A stretch of DNA of 57,453 bases. It comes from a virus (lineage: Duplodnaviria; Caudoviricetes). The stretch covers positions 1 through 57,453 of IMG/VR virus record IMGVR_UViG_3300043409_000487; one strand, 5' to 3'. A program made the position numbers and the translations under genes. Under the pieces are notes generated by a model. It saw nothing but the letters and a program-made list of their open reading frames with translations. It ran no database searches and had not been told where the DNA came from. Numbering within the stretch: the first letter of the stretch is position 1; every line of letters starts with the position of its first letter. Positions 1 through 8,344 of this stretch are shown piece after piece.

Positions 1-700
1 TCGCCAGTGGTATTGAGCCAGTTACTAACGTGGCAGGAACTACAGTACCAACAACGAAGTCAACTAACGTGATAACTGTCAACGGCAAACTTTACCGTTG
101 GAACGGAACTGCTTACGTTGCGAGTGTCGCCAGCACTGATATCAGTGGACAGTTGACAGCTGCGCAGATTGCATCAATTGCAGCCACACAAGTCACTGGG
201 CAGTTGACTTCTGCGCAGATTGCGTCATTAGACGCTACAAAGGTAGCAGGACAGCTGACAGCTGCGCAGATTGCATCAATTGCAGCTTCACAAGTCACTG
301 GACAGTTGACTGATGCCCAAGTGGCAGCTGTTAGTGCTGCCAAAGTCACTGGACAGTTGGTCAGTACACAGATAGCAGATGCAGCGATTACAGTTGCGAA
401 GTTCGCCAGTGGTATTGAGCCAGTTACTAACGTGGCAGGAACTACAGTACCAACAACGAAGTCAACTAACGTGATAACTGTCAACGGCAAACTTTACCGT
501 TGGGACGGAACTACTTACGTTGCGAGTGTCGCCAGCACTGATATCAGTGGACAGCTGACAGCTGCGCAGATTGCATCGATTGCAGCCACACAAGTCACTG
601 GACAGTTGACAGCCTCTCAAATAGCCAGTGTCGCTTCGACTCAAATCACTGGGCAGTTGACTGATGCCCAAGTGGTAGCTGTTAGTGCTGCCAAGGTGAC
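1..700 (+). repeat. 402-bp direct repeat module (1-402 vs 403-~700) built of 51-bp subunits; a shorter third copy at 57257-57453
   Basis: tcgccagtggtattgagccagttactaacgtggcagg... occurs at 1 and 403. The GQLTAAQIASIAATQVT 17-aa unit recurs. Confidence 0.9.
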
Positions 701-1925
701 TGGGCAAATAACAGGAACACAGATAACAGATGGTGCAATCAGCACAGCAAAACTTTCTGCAGGGGCAGTTACAGCCAATGAAATTGCAGCAGGAACCATT
801 ACCTCAGCAAACATTGCCTCTGGTGCAATCACCACTGCTAAGTTGTCAGCAGGGGCAGTGACCGCTACTGAATTGGCAGCAGGTTCAGTTGTAGCAGGTA
901 AGATTGCTGCGAGTGCAGTGACCGCTACTGAATTGGCAGCTGGAGCGGTGACTACTGCTAAGTTGTCCGCAGGTGCAGTAACCGCTGCGACAATAGCCTC
1001 TGGAGCAGTGACCGCTGGAGCATTGGCAGCGAATTCAGTGACCGCAAGTGCCATTGCTGCAGACGCCATCACAGCAGGTAAAATTGCAGCAGGGGCAGTA
1101 AGTGCGAGTGAAATTGCAGCAGGGGCAGTGACAGCGAGTAAGCTGTATGTCACTGATAGTAGTAACATCTACCCTGACTTCGATATGATTGACCCAGACT
1201 TCTATATGTCGGCTGGTACAATAACCTTCACAGGAACAACTTCTACCCCTCTTGGGCAAAAATACCTGAACATCGGAACGGCAGGTGCCACAGTCTATTC
1301 CGACTGGATAGCAGTCGATTCTGGCGAAGAATTCTGGGTAGAAGCCCTATCTTGGGTCGGTACAGCTGTGAGTGGGAACAGTTGTACAGTTGGGGTGCAG
1401 ACAGGCACTCTTGCCAGCACTGGTGTGGTCACTGCAACAAGGACATTGGCTGTTAAGAATAATGCGTTGGGGTTTGGTGCAACAACCTCCTTAGGCACTC
1501 TGTCAGTAACCACAACCACATCAGAACGTAGAATTAGATTCTACGCAACAAACAATGGTACGGGTGTTGATTCAAGAACAGGTGGGTGGAAGTTACGACG
1601 TAAGAACAATGCAGAACTGATTGTGGATGGAGCCATAACCGCTTCAAAAGTAGCCACAGACGCCATCACAGCCGTTAAGATTGCAGCTGGGGCAGTTACT
1701 GCTGACAAGATAACTGTTGGTAGTTTATCTGCAATTAACTCTAACCTAGGCACTATTACTGCTGGTTCATTGAGCATCAACAATAAGTTCATTGTTGATA
1801 GTTCTGGCAATACAACTATCCGTTCAGCAACATCTGGTGCACGGACAGAAGTAACCAACTCAGTGATAAAAATCTTTGACGGCAGCGGTATACTACGTGT
1901 CAAAATTGGTGACTTGAGTGCTTAG
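3..1925 (+). CDS. C-terminal part of the central tail fibre / host-specificity J-like protein (continues from 54641..57453 across the contig break)
   Basis: Open frame from position 3 with the same repeats as the window end (GKLYRWNGTAYVASVASTDISGQLT). It has 17-aa and 10-aa repeats and a J-type C-terminus (LSAINSNLGTITAG...RVKIGDLSA). Confidence 0.85.
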   Translation, partial: ASGIEPVTNVAGTTVPTTKSTNVITVNGKLYRWNGTAYVASVASTDISGQLTAAQIASIAATQVTGQLTSAQIASLDATKVAGQLTAAQIASIAASQVTGQLTDAQVAAVSAAKVTGQLVSTQIADAAITVAKFASGIEPVTNVAGTTVPTTKSTNVITVNGKLYRWDGTTYVASVASTDISGQLTAAQIASIAATQVTGQLTASQIASVASTQITGQLTDAQVVAVSAAKVTGQITGTQITDGAISTAKLSAGAVTANEIAAGTITSANIASGAITTAKLSAGAVTATELAAGSVVAGKIAASAVTATELAAGAVTTAKLSAGAVTAATIASGAVTAGALAANSVTASAIAADAITAGKIAAGAVSASEIAAGAVTASKLYVTDSSNIYPDFDMIDPDFYMSAGTITFTGTTSTPLGQKYLNIGTAGATVYSDWIAVDSGEEFWVEALSWVGTAVSGNSCTVGVQTGTLASTGVVTATRTLAVKNNALGFGATTSLGTLSVTTTTSERRIRFYATNNGTGVDSRTGGWKLRRKNNAELIVDGAITASKVATDAITAVKIAAGAVTADKITVGSLSAINSNLGTITAGSLSINNKFIVDSSGNTTIRSATSGARTEVTNSVIKIFDGSGILRVKIGDLSA

Positions 1926-1934
1926 GAGAAAACT

Positions 1935-2234
1935 TTGGCATACGGCTTCAGCGTAACCACAGGGCAAGATGGTGGTGGAAAGGTTACTATTAGTGACCAA
2001 GACATTGCTCCAGGACTATGGTTGGACATGTTTGATGTTGCTTACGAGACGACTGTAAGCAAGTCCTACAGCCCAGCAAGTGGGAGTCAGCTGCTAGTTC
2101 AGTCGTATTCTCAGGCAAGCAATCTCTCTCCGATTGTTAACATAAGCATAAATGGTCTGAGTCTAACTGTAACCGTTCAGACTGGACGTAACACCAACCA
2201 AGTTGGTGCACGAATTATTGTTATGGTGGTTTAA
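1935..2234 (+). CDS. Small tail-tip associated protein
   Basis: TTG start behind AGGAG. MAYG.. N-terminus, beta-rich, directly after the J-like gene as in T1-like phages. Confidence 0.6.
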   Translation: MAYGFSVTTGQDGGGKVTISDQDIAPGLWLDMFDVAYETTVSKSYSPASGSQLLVQSYSQASNLSPIVNISINGLSLTVTVQTGRNTNQVGARIIVMVV

Positions 2235-2878
2235 TGGCATATGGAATTGAAGTCCGAGGACAAAACAATGAGTTGTTATTCTCAGATGGTACACCTTGTG
2301 TAGTCCTCTGGGGGAAGGTGTCTTTGGGCGGTGGTTCAACGACAGTGCAAACTTTCACCACAAATGCCCCAAACTTCCCAATTGTGTTCGCACATGGTGG
2401 AAACCCAGTGGGGGTGGTGTCTGTGTTGGGTAGTGCTGGGAACTGGTCTGTAACCGTGACTGGGGGTAGTGTCACGCTCTACATCTTCTGTAGGATACCG
2501 AATGTCGCACAGAACACAGGCTGGGGCTTGAATACGTATGATGCTTCCTCCCTAACATTCTCCACTAACTACAGAGTGCTAAGAATCGTTGGTAGGAAGG
2601 TTCTCAACAATAGTTCAATGGTTCAGAATCTTGACTTCGGTACGATACCAGATACCTACGCAGTGTCTTGTCCCTATGTTGGGTTTAGGATTGTTGCCTA
2701 TGGTTGTTACGGCATTGCCTTCAAACTAGCAGCAAGAAGATACAATGCTAGTCAACTCGAACTGTACATAACGACAGTAAGCGACAATCTGCAGGTTCCA
2801 GCAGTCTTTAATAGTGAAGCACCATTTTGGATACAGAACCAACTGGTGCTTTTCATCAACCCTTCGGAGTACGACTAA
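2234..2878 (+). CDS. Tail-tip / receptor-binding accessory protein
   Basis: Overlapping start. MAYGIEV... and internal GWGLNTYD motif are typical of post-J tail proteins. Confidence 0.6.
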   Translation: MAYGIEVRGQNNELLFSDGTPCVVLWGKVSLGGGSTTVQTFTTNAPNFPIVFAHGGNPVGVVSVLGSAGNWSVTVTGGSVTLYIFCRIPNVAQNTGWGLNTYDASSLTFSTNYRVLRIVGRKVLNNSSMVQNLDFGTIPDTYAVSCPYVGFRIVAYGCYGIAFKLAARRYNASQLELYITTVSDNLQVPAVFNSEAPFWIQNQLVLFINPSEYD

Positions 2879-3183
2879 TGGCATTTTACAAAGAGATACT
2901 TACTGACCAAGGTATAACTACTACGTACCACGTAGTGACAGTCATAGCCTTGGATAAAGAAGGTCAAGGCATAACTCAGCTTTTAATTGACAGCTGGATA
3001 ACAAAAGAGGCTAAGATGGAAGGTAAGTTGCCTTTTGAGCGTGGTACTGTGTTTATACCAGAACTCCCAGACCCGAACCTCACTGTTGCTGAACTTCCTT
3101 CTTGGGCTTATGGGTTATTGTCTAAGCCAGAGAATGCAAAATACTTTAACGTCGAAAAATACAGAAATGGAGAACCAGTATGA
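2878..3183 (+). CDS. Hypothetical protein, paralog of 3633..3938 (possible tail-fibre assembly factor)
   Basis: TAATG coupling. Shares YHV(V/I), a central S(W/F) and WAY motifs with 3633..3938. Confidence 0.6.
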   Translation: MAFYKEILTDQGITTTYHVVTVIALDKEGQGITQLLIDSWITKEAKMEGKLPFERGTVFIPELPDPNLTVAELPSWAYGLLSKPENAKYFNVEKYRNGEPV

Positions 3184-3587
3184 AATTACTATTAGTGTTG
3201 GTTACCTTAGCTCTCACAGGCTGTGCAACATTCCCAGAAAATGACCTGATGAAGTCTGCTAAAACTGAAATTTACAAACAGCAGAAGTATGCTTTGATTG
3301 CCCAAACATACATCAATAATCCAAATACCTCTATCCCGCAGTTCATGTTCTGGAAGATGGACGACAAGATTAAATTACGTGACGAAAGCATTGAAGGTTG
3401 CTTGCACAACACCAAGGTGTATAACAAACAGGCTCAATCTTTAGTTGGGGCAGCTGGCAATGAGTTCAAGAACCCACCTATCCTAGACGGTGGTCAATGC
3501 CTACCTTACTGTGACGATGCACGTCTGTGCTACAAAGGAATTGTCAAGCCGTCAAACGGCAAAGTGACAGTGATAACCGTAAACTGA
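3180..3587 (+). CDS. Lipoprotein, candidate Cor/Llp-like receptor-blocking (superinfection exclusion) protein
   Basis: Signal peptide II and lipobox MKLLLVLVTLALTG-C. Located immediately after the tail-tip genes. Confidence 0.55.
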   Translation: MKLLLVLVTLALTGCATFPENDLMKSAKTEIYKQQKYALIAQTYINNPNTSIPQFMFWKMDDKIKLRDESIEGCLHNTKVYNKQAQSLVGAAGNEFKNPPILDGGQCLPYCDDARLCYKGIVKPSNGKVTVITVN

Positions 3588-3632
3588 CTATAATTCAGTT
3601 AGTCTAACCACCAACCAAACTGGAGAAATACC

Positions 3633-3938
3633 ATGGGTATTAAGAAAAACGTCGAAGACCAAAATACAGGGGCAATTGCCCAGTACCACGTCATCAACGG
3701 TATTGCAACTGACAAGCTGAGTAATGTCACTGTAATCACTGTAACATCGTTTGCGTCAGAAGAGGCGTACAACGCCACACCTCGCAAGAATTCAATGGGT
3801 GTTGAGCAAATTGTCCTGCAGACAGTAGTCCCAAATGAAGTGGATATGTGGGCTTGGGCTTACAGTCAAGTTACTGATGCAAAGAATGTGGAAGCATTCA
3901 GCATGACTGATAAATTCGTTGGTGGTAAAAAGGTATAA
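3633..3938 (+). CDS. Hypothetical protein, paralog of 2878..3183
   Basis: GGAG RBS; shared motifs with 2878..3183. Confidence 0.65.
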   Translation: MGIKKNVEDQNTGAIAQYHVINGIATDKLSNVTVITVTSFASEEAYNATPRKNSMGVEQIVLQTVVPNEVDMWAWAYSQVTDAKNVEAFSMTDKFVGGKKV

Positions 3939-3943
3939 CTAAC

Positions 3944-4471
3944 ATGAAACTACTCCAAACACACGGTGTTCCAGACCGCAAGACCCTATCTAAGCGTTCC
4001 GTGATAATTGGTGCTGAGGCTGGTTTTATTTTGGCGGTTTTCTGTCAGCCAGTTATCATGATGTTGACAAAACAGACGGCAATACACCGATTCGTATTGG
4101 AGTACGGCTTCCCTGCTTGGGTGTTCGCTTGGGTTACGCTGTTCTGCTTGTCTGTGTTGATTTACGACACGTATTGTTCTATCAGCGATTTACGTAGAAA
4201 TACAAACTTCACAACCTCGAAACTATATAAAATCATCTCACGTTACCGTGGTTGGTTTATACTTATACCTTCGTTCTGGTCACTCATGATGATGACCACT
4301 GTAAAGGCTGAAAACGGCTATGGTGCTGTCCTTGCCTACGCTCTATTCTTTGTTGCGGACGCAGTCTTCGGACTTGTGCTTGCACTCAGAGATGGGTGTA
4401 TAGACAACCGCATACTGAAATACAGGACAGCATTATGTATGAATGGATTACGCAGCCACAAACCATACTGA
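3944..4471 (+). CDS. Multi-pass membrane protein in the lysis region
   Basis: About four hydrophobic segments; directly upstream of the holin candidate and spanins. Confidence 0.55.
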   Translation: MKLLQTHGVPDRKTLSKRSVIIGAEAGFILAVFCQPVIMMLTKQTAIHRFVLEYGFPAWVFAWVTLFCLSVLIYDTYCSISDLRRNTNFTTSKLYKIISRYRGWFILIPSFWSLMMMTTVKAENGYGAVLAYALFFVADAVFGLVLALRDGCIDNRILKYRTALCMNGLRSHKPY

Positions 4472-4776
4472 ATATACTCACAGCAATCATTGCCCTGACC
4501 TTTGGTGCATCCATGCGCACAATTCGCATACTGAAGTCTCCAAAGGTTCATGTTGAGCATTCTTTTGACTTGTGGTTGAAGACACAATCTGAGTCGCTGC
4601 CAATTGGCTTAATGGCTTTGTTTGGTGTGCCTCACTTCTACCCAGAAGTGCAACCTGCTGAAATGCTGGTTGTCATGTTGGGGGTTGGCTTCTTCAGTAC
4701 TGAGGCATTTAACTTCTTGAAGTCAAAGGTAGATTCAACAACGAAAGGTGACGACAATGAACAACCTCCTAGCTAA
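4435..4776 (+). CDS. Putative holin
   Basis: 113 aa with 2-3 hydrophobic segments and a charged C-tail; overlaps the Rz-like gene. Confidence 0.5.
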   Translation: MYEWITQPQTILNILTAIIALTFGASMRTIRILKSPKVHVEHSFDLWLKTQSESLPIGLMALFGVPHFYPEVQPAEMLVVMLGVGFFSTEAFNFLKSKVDSTTKGDDNEQPPS

Positions 4777-5359
4777 GTTGGCAAAGTCCAGTCTTGGTGC
4801 AGCCTTCTCTGTTGTACCTCCTTGGGCTTACATCCTACTTCTTGTCATTGGTTCTTGCTTGTTCGGTGGTTGGGTCAACGGCATGAGGGTGTCACAGCAG
4901 TACCAAACCAAAGTAACAGAACTCAAGACTCAGTATACTGCCAGAGAAAACGCACTCAATCTTGAATTGGCTGCACAACAACAGAAGGTGATTGTTGCTG
5001 TACAGAAGAACCAAGAACAGACGGCAGCGTTGGATGCGAAGTTCTATAAGGAGAAGCAAGATGCAAACAAAACTATTGATAACTTGCGTGCTCAGTTGCA
5101 CGCTGGCACTGTTCGGCTGCGCAAGCCAACAACCTCTGGTGGTGGCAGCACCCAACAAAGTGCAACCGACGAAGCCAGCAGCGTGGGCAATGGAGAAAAC
5201 TCCCAGCAAGGAACAAGTCCAACTGGAACTGAACAAGGTATTCTCGAGCACACCTTGAATATCGCAGAAATGGCGAACACCTGTATATCCCAACGGGGCT
5301 ACCTGCAGGAAAAGATTAAGACCGATACAGAAATGGAGACTGCAAAATGGGGGCAATAA
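4757..5359 (+). CDS. Rz: Inner-membrane spanin (Rz-like)
   Basis: N-terminal TM, coiled coil, IDNLRAQLHAGTVRLR motif, nested lipoprotein ORF. Confidence 0.85.
   Translation: MNNLLAKLAKSSLGAAFSVVPPWAYILLLVIGSCLFGGWVNGMRVSQQYQTKVTELKTQYTARENALNLELAAQQQKVIVAVQKNQEQTAALDAKFYKEKQDANKTIDNLRAQLHAGTVRLRKPTTSGGGSTQQSATDEASSVGNGENSQQGTSPTGTEQGILEHTLNIAEMANTCISQRGYLQEKIKTDTEMETAKWGQ
5061..5258 (+). CDS. Rz1: Outer-membrane spanin (Rz1-like), nested in Rz
   Basis: AAGGAG RBS, lipobox LALFG-C, Pro-rich mature part with PAAWAME, +1 frame inside Rz. Confidence 0.85.
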   Translation: MQTKLLITCVLSCTLALFGCASQQPLVVAAPNKVQPTKPAAWAMEKTPSKEQVQLELNKVFSSTP

Positions 5360-5670
5360 ATGTAGTGACTGGGGATACCCTATCCGTAACTGTTGAATTC
5401 TTGGAAGCAGACAATACAACCCCACGCTCAACACAAGGGTCTACAGTGCGGTGTGCCATACTCAATAAGCAAACCAAGGCGATAAAGGAACTGGGGATTG
5501 TGGAACTGGACTCAACACAAGGAGTATACCACATATCAGCCTCACCGCAACAAACCTCCACATGGGCTGTTGGTGAATGGGAACTTGAGATAGAACTCAC
5601 CACACCCAACGGTGTGGTCACCTCTTCTAAGAGAATATCATTTACTGTTCTAGGTGGTATTGTTAAATGA
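5347..5670 (+). CDS. Putative virion structural protein (BppU-N-like beta fold)
   Basis: GDT...TSTWAVGEWELEIELT...SS pattern. Confidence 0.5.
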   Translation: MGAINVVTGDTLSVTVEFLEADNTTPRSTQGSTVRCAILNKQTKAIKELGIVELDSTQGVYHISASPQQTSTWAVGEWELEIELTTPNGVVTSSKRISFTVLGGIVK

Positions 5671-6041
5671 GCAACATCAGACTGAGACAGAATAATACAC
5701 CACTAACTGTGGGAATTGGTTCTAGCACACTGTTCATCAGATTAACTAACCAATTGACACAGGCTGTTGTGAACACTGGACAACAACTAAGCTCATCAAT
5801 AAAACTCACGGTGAACAAGCCTGTAGATACAACAGTAACAAACACCCCAAATCAAGTTTTGAGGTTGTCACAAATGCTCAGAGGGGACAATGGCTCAATT
5901 CCAAACCACCGTTGGGTTGGGAATTCTCTGCAGGTGGAGACAGGTTCTGGTTGGGGTGAACTTTCTCCAGATTTACGTGGTGAAGGTATACAGAATTTTA
6001 GTGGTGACCCATTGGCAATATACATATTAGCAAAGTCTTAG
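5667..6041 (+). CDS. Putative virion fibre-associated protein
   Basis: HRWVGNSLQVE..WGE...DLRG and DPLAIYILAK C-terminus; translationally coupled. Confidence 0.5.
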   Translation: MSNIRLRQNNTPLTVGIGSSTLFIRLTNQLTQAVVNTGQQLSSSIKLTVNKPVDTTVTNTPNQVLRLSQMLRGDNGSIPNHRWVGNSLQVETGSGWGELSPDLRGEGIQNFSGDPLAIYILAKS

Positions 6042-6051
6042 GAGGACTATC

Positions 6052-6564
6052 ATGGCAACATTAGAGGAAAGATTAAATAGTTTAGCAGTTGGTATCGCAG
6101 CAGACTACAAGGCACTAAACCTAGCCAAGGGGGACTTGGGTTCTCTGTCAACCACGGCAAAAGGCAACTTAGTTGCTGCGATAAACGAAGTTATGTCGCT
6201 TGCATCCACAGGCACACAACTCATTAACGATTCTGCTGGTGATGGGGTTGTAAATAAGACTTGGTCTGCGGACAAGATAGGAGACACCATTCTTGGTGCT
6301 ATCACTTCTCTCAGGAACGAACTTACTGGTGGTGGTGCTGCTGCGTTAGACACATTCGCTGAGTTGGCTGCTGCCATTTCGAATGATGCAACTTTTGCAC
6401 AAACCTTGGCAACTTCAATGTCTAAGAAAGTTAGTGTGGAAGCCCAAACCTTTAGTTTGGCGGAAAAGTTGCAGGCTAGGGAAAACATAGGTGCTGTGGC
6501 TGTTGCAGATGTAGGTGACACAAATGTTGACTTACTATCTATCTACAACACAGCTAAGCAGTAA
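6052..6564 (+). CDS. Putative virion (head/collar fibre) protein
   Basis: AGGAGG RBS. GDLGSLSTTAKGNLVAAINEV and ALDTFAELAAAI motifs are typical of phage fibre proteins. Confidence 0.6.
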   Translation: MATLEERLNSLAVGIAADYKALNLAKGDLGSLSTTAKGNLVAAINEVMSLASTGTQLINDSAGDGVVNKTWSADKIGDTILGAITSLRNELTGGGAAALDTFAELAAAISNDATFAQTLATSMSKKVSVEAQTFSLAEKLQARENIGAVAVADVGDTNVDLLSIYNTAKQ

Positions 6565-6570
6565 TACAAA

Positions 6571-6825
6571 ATGTCTCTAGCTTCTATTCTAACTCAGGTT
6601 ATATCAGCTATTGGTGCTGATATAAAGCAATTGCGTGATGCTGGCACAACTAACTTGGTCGAGTACACTGATGCTGACCCAGCAGAGGCTGCTGTGGGTG
6701 CTCAATGGGTGAGAAAAAACTCAGTGGTGGAGGGTCAGTTGGTTGCATTAGTTGGTGGGGTTCCAGTGGTGTGTCAGGAACCAACCGTGTCTGTAAGAAC
6801 TAAAACTTCGTGGGGTGTCGTATGA
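6571..6825 (+). CDS. Hypothetical virion protein; N-terminus similar to 6052..6564
   Basis: AIGADIKQL resembles GIAADYKAL. Confidence 0.5.
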   Translation: MSLASILTQVISAIGADIKQLRDAGTTNLVEYTDADPAEAAVGAQWVRKNSVVEGQLVALVGGVPVVCQEPTVSVRTKTSWGVV

Positions 6826-7460
6826 CCAACACAAACGTAAAAATTCAAGAAGGTGGGGCTTCTAGTCTTTCAGCCTTCACCAACACCTCGGTTAGTGGGG
6901 AAAAGATTAGTGCAGTTGTTCCTGTGGATGAGGCTGGGAATGCCCTACACAACCTGCCACCAGATGTCTCACGGAGACACATAGTGGTTGCTGAAGTTGT
7001 CCCTACGATACTTACCTCTGGGGCTACCGTGTTAAGTTTACGTAACCCAACAACAAGTAAGCTGTATGTGTCAAGAATAGAAATTGTTTCACTGTTCCAT
7101 GGAACAGCTGCGGCAAGTAAGGCAGCATTCAGGTTCAAAAGGTTCTGGAACTGCACAGGTGTTACAGGTACACTAACAACAGTAACACCGTCGAAGAGAG
7201 ATTCTACTAATGCAGCTTCTCAGGTGGAATGTAGAATTGCTCCTGCAGGGATAACATTAACTGGAGCTACCGTCGAACCAGACGGCTTCTGTCAATTTAT
7301 GCACCCTAATCAACTTGGTGTGGTCATAGAAAAAGATTGGGAATTTAGCAAATTCCCAATAGTTATCAGACAAAACGAAGGTATTTGTCTACAGTTACAG
7401 GGCGCAATACTTGCCAACACCGCCATTTGCGCCTCAATCCAATACGGAGAAATACAATGA
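6822..7460 (+). CDS. Hypothetical (probably structural) protein
   Basis: ATGA coupling, beta-rich 212-aa ORF. Confidence 0.55.
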   Translation: MTNTNVKIQEGGASSLSAFTNTSVSGEKISAVVPVDEAGNALHNLPPDVSRRHIVVAEVVPTILTSGATVLSLRNPTTSKLYVSRIEIVSLFHGTAAASKAAFRFKRFWNCTGVTGTLTTVTPSKRDSTNAASQVECRIAPAGITLTGATVEPDGFCQFMHPNQLGVVIEKDWEFSKFPIVIRQNEGICLQLQGAILANTAICASIQYGEIQ

Positions 7461-7984
7461 AACATGTAGTAATAACCGCTGGGCATGGTGGTAAGGATAG
7501 TGGTGCTGTAAACGGCAACATCACAGAAGCCAACATTGCCACTGAGATGCGCAACATTATTGCTTTTTACCTGCAGCGTGACCACAACATCAAAGTGACC
7601 ACAGACGGTGAAGGTAATACAAACCTGAGTCTTGTTGAGGCTATTGCCCTAGCTAAGAAAGGGGAACTGGCAGTAGAAATTCACACGAACGCTGCATTTG
7701 ATGCACGTGCAAACGGTGTTGAATCAATCTCGAGCCCAGCCAAGAAGCGTTACGCCCAAGGGTTGTCCGCAGCTGTGTCCCGTGTACTTGGCTCTAAGTT
7801 GCGTGGTGATTCTGGGTACATAGACCAGAGTAAGAGTGCCCGTGGGCGTTTGGGCTATGTAAACCAAGCTGATGGTATTATCTTGGAGTTGTTCTTTATT
7901 TCAAACGCAACTGAACTGAAACAATACCAAGAAAAGAAATGGCTGCTTGGCAAAGAACTCGCAAGCACAATCGCTGGGTTTTAG
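7457..7984 (+). CDS. Endolysin, N-acetylmuramoyl-L-alanine amidase (Amidase_3)
   Basis: AGHGGKDSGA..E, EIHTNA and ILELFFISN Zn-amidase motifs; GGAG RBS. Confidence 0.9.
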   Translation: MKHVVITAGHGGKDSGAVNGNITEANIATEMRNIIAFYLQRDHNIKVTTDGEGNTNLSLVEAIALAKKGELAVEIHTNAAFDARANGVESISSPAKKRYAQGLSAAVSRVLGSKLRGDSGYIDQSKSARGRLGYVNQADGIILELFFISNATELKQYQEKKWLLGKELASTIAGF

Positions 7985-7987
7985 GGT

Positions 7988-8279
7988 TGTCTTCAATTTT
8001 TGAGTTTTGACTCAACTTTTCTAACAGAAGACAACAAGGTAAGTCACTCCAAACCCTCTAGCCCAGAGGGTTTGCACAAATCTGTCTTCACTAACTTCAC
8101 TAACTCAACCAAAATAAAATTGCTAGGTAAAACAGGAAAAGACTCAAAATAGGCTTCTAGACTATATCTCTCTCTCTTAATGAAGAGAGATAAGTATTTA
8201 AGTCAGCCCTGTAGAGACAACACTTTGCGGTGTCTTACCCTGTTGTCTTTTGTCTAAAGAATTGAGTCAGTGAAGACAG
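7988..8279. repeat. 292-bp palindromic intergenic element, copy 1
   Basis: Block-wise identical to 36346..36637. Inverted arms 8024-8046 / 8231-8253; internal hairpins. Confidence 0.9.
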
Positions 8280-8344
8280 CCAAATCAAGGACAACAAAGA
8301 ACCTCCTTTGGGCAATAATACAAACCAGAAAAGGAGTCCTAAGA

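Noticed and set aside
1-800. CRISPR array or DGR template/variable repeat pair
   Set aside because: The repeats are in-frame coding units without unique spacers, differences are not adenine-specific, and there is no reverse transcriptase or cas operon.
7988-8279. MITE / IS remnant interpretation of the 292-bp element
   Set aside because: No transposase or clear target-site duplication. Same-length variable spacers and module-boundary placement fit a functional phage site better.
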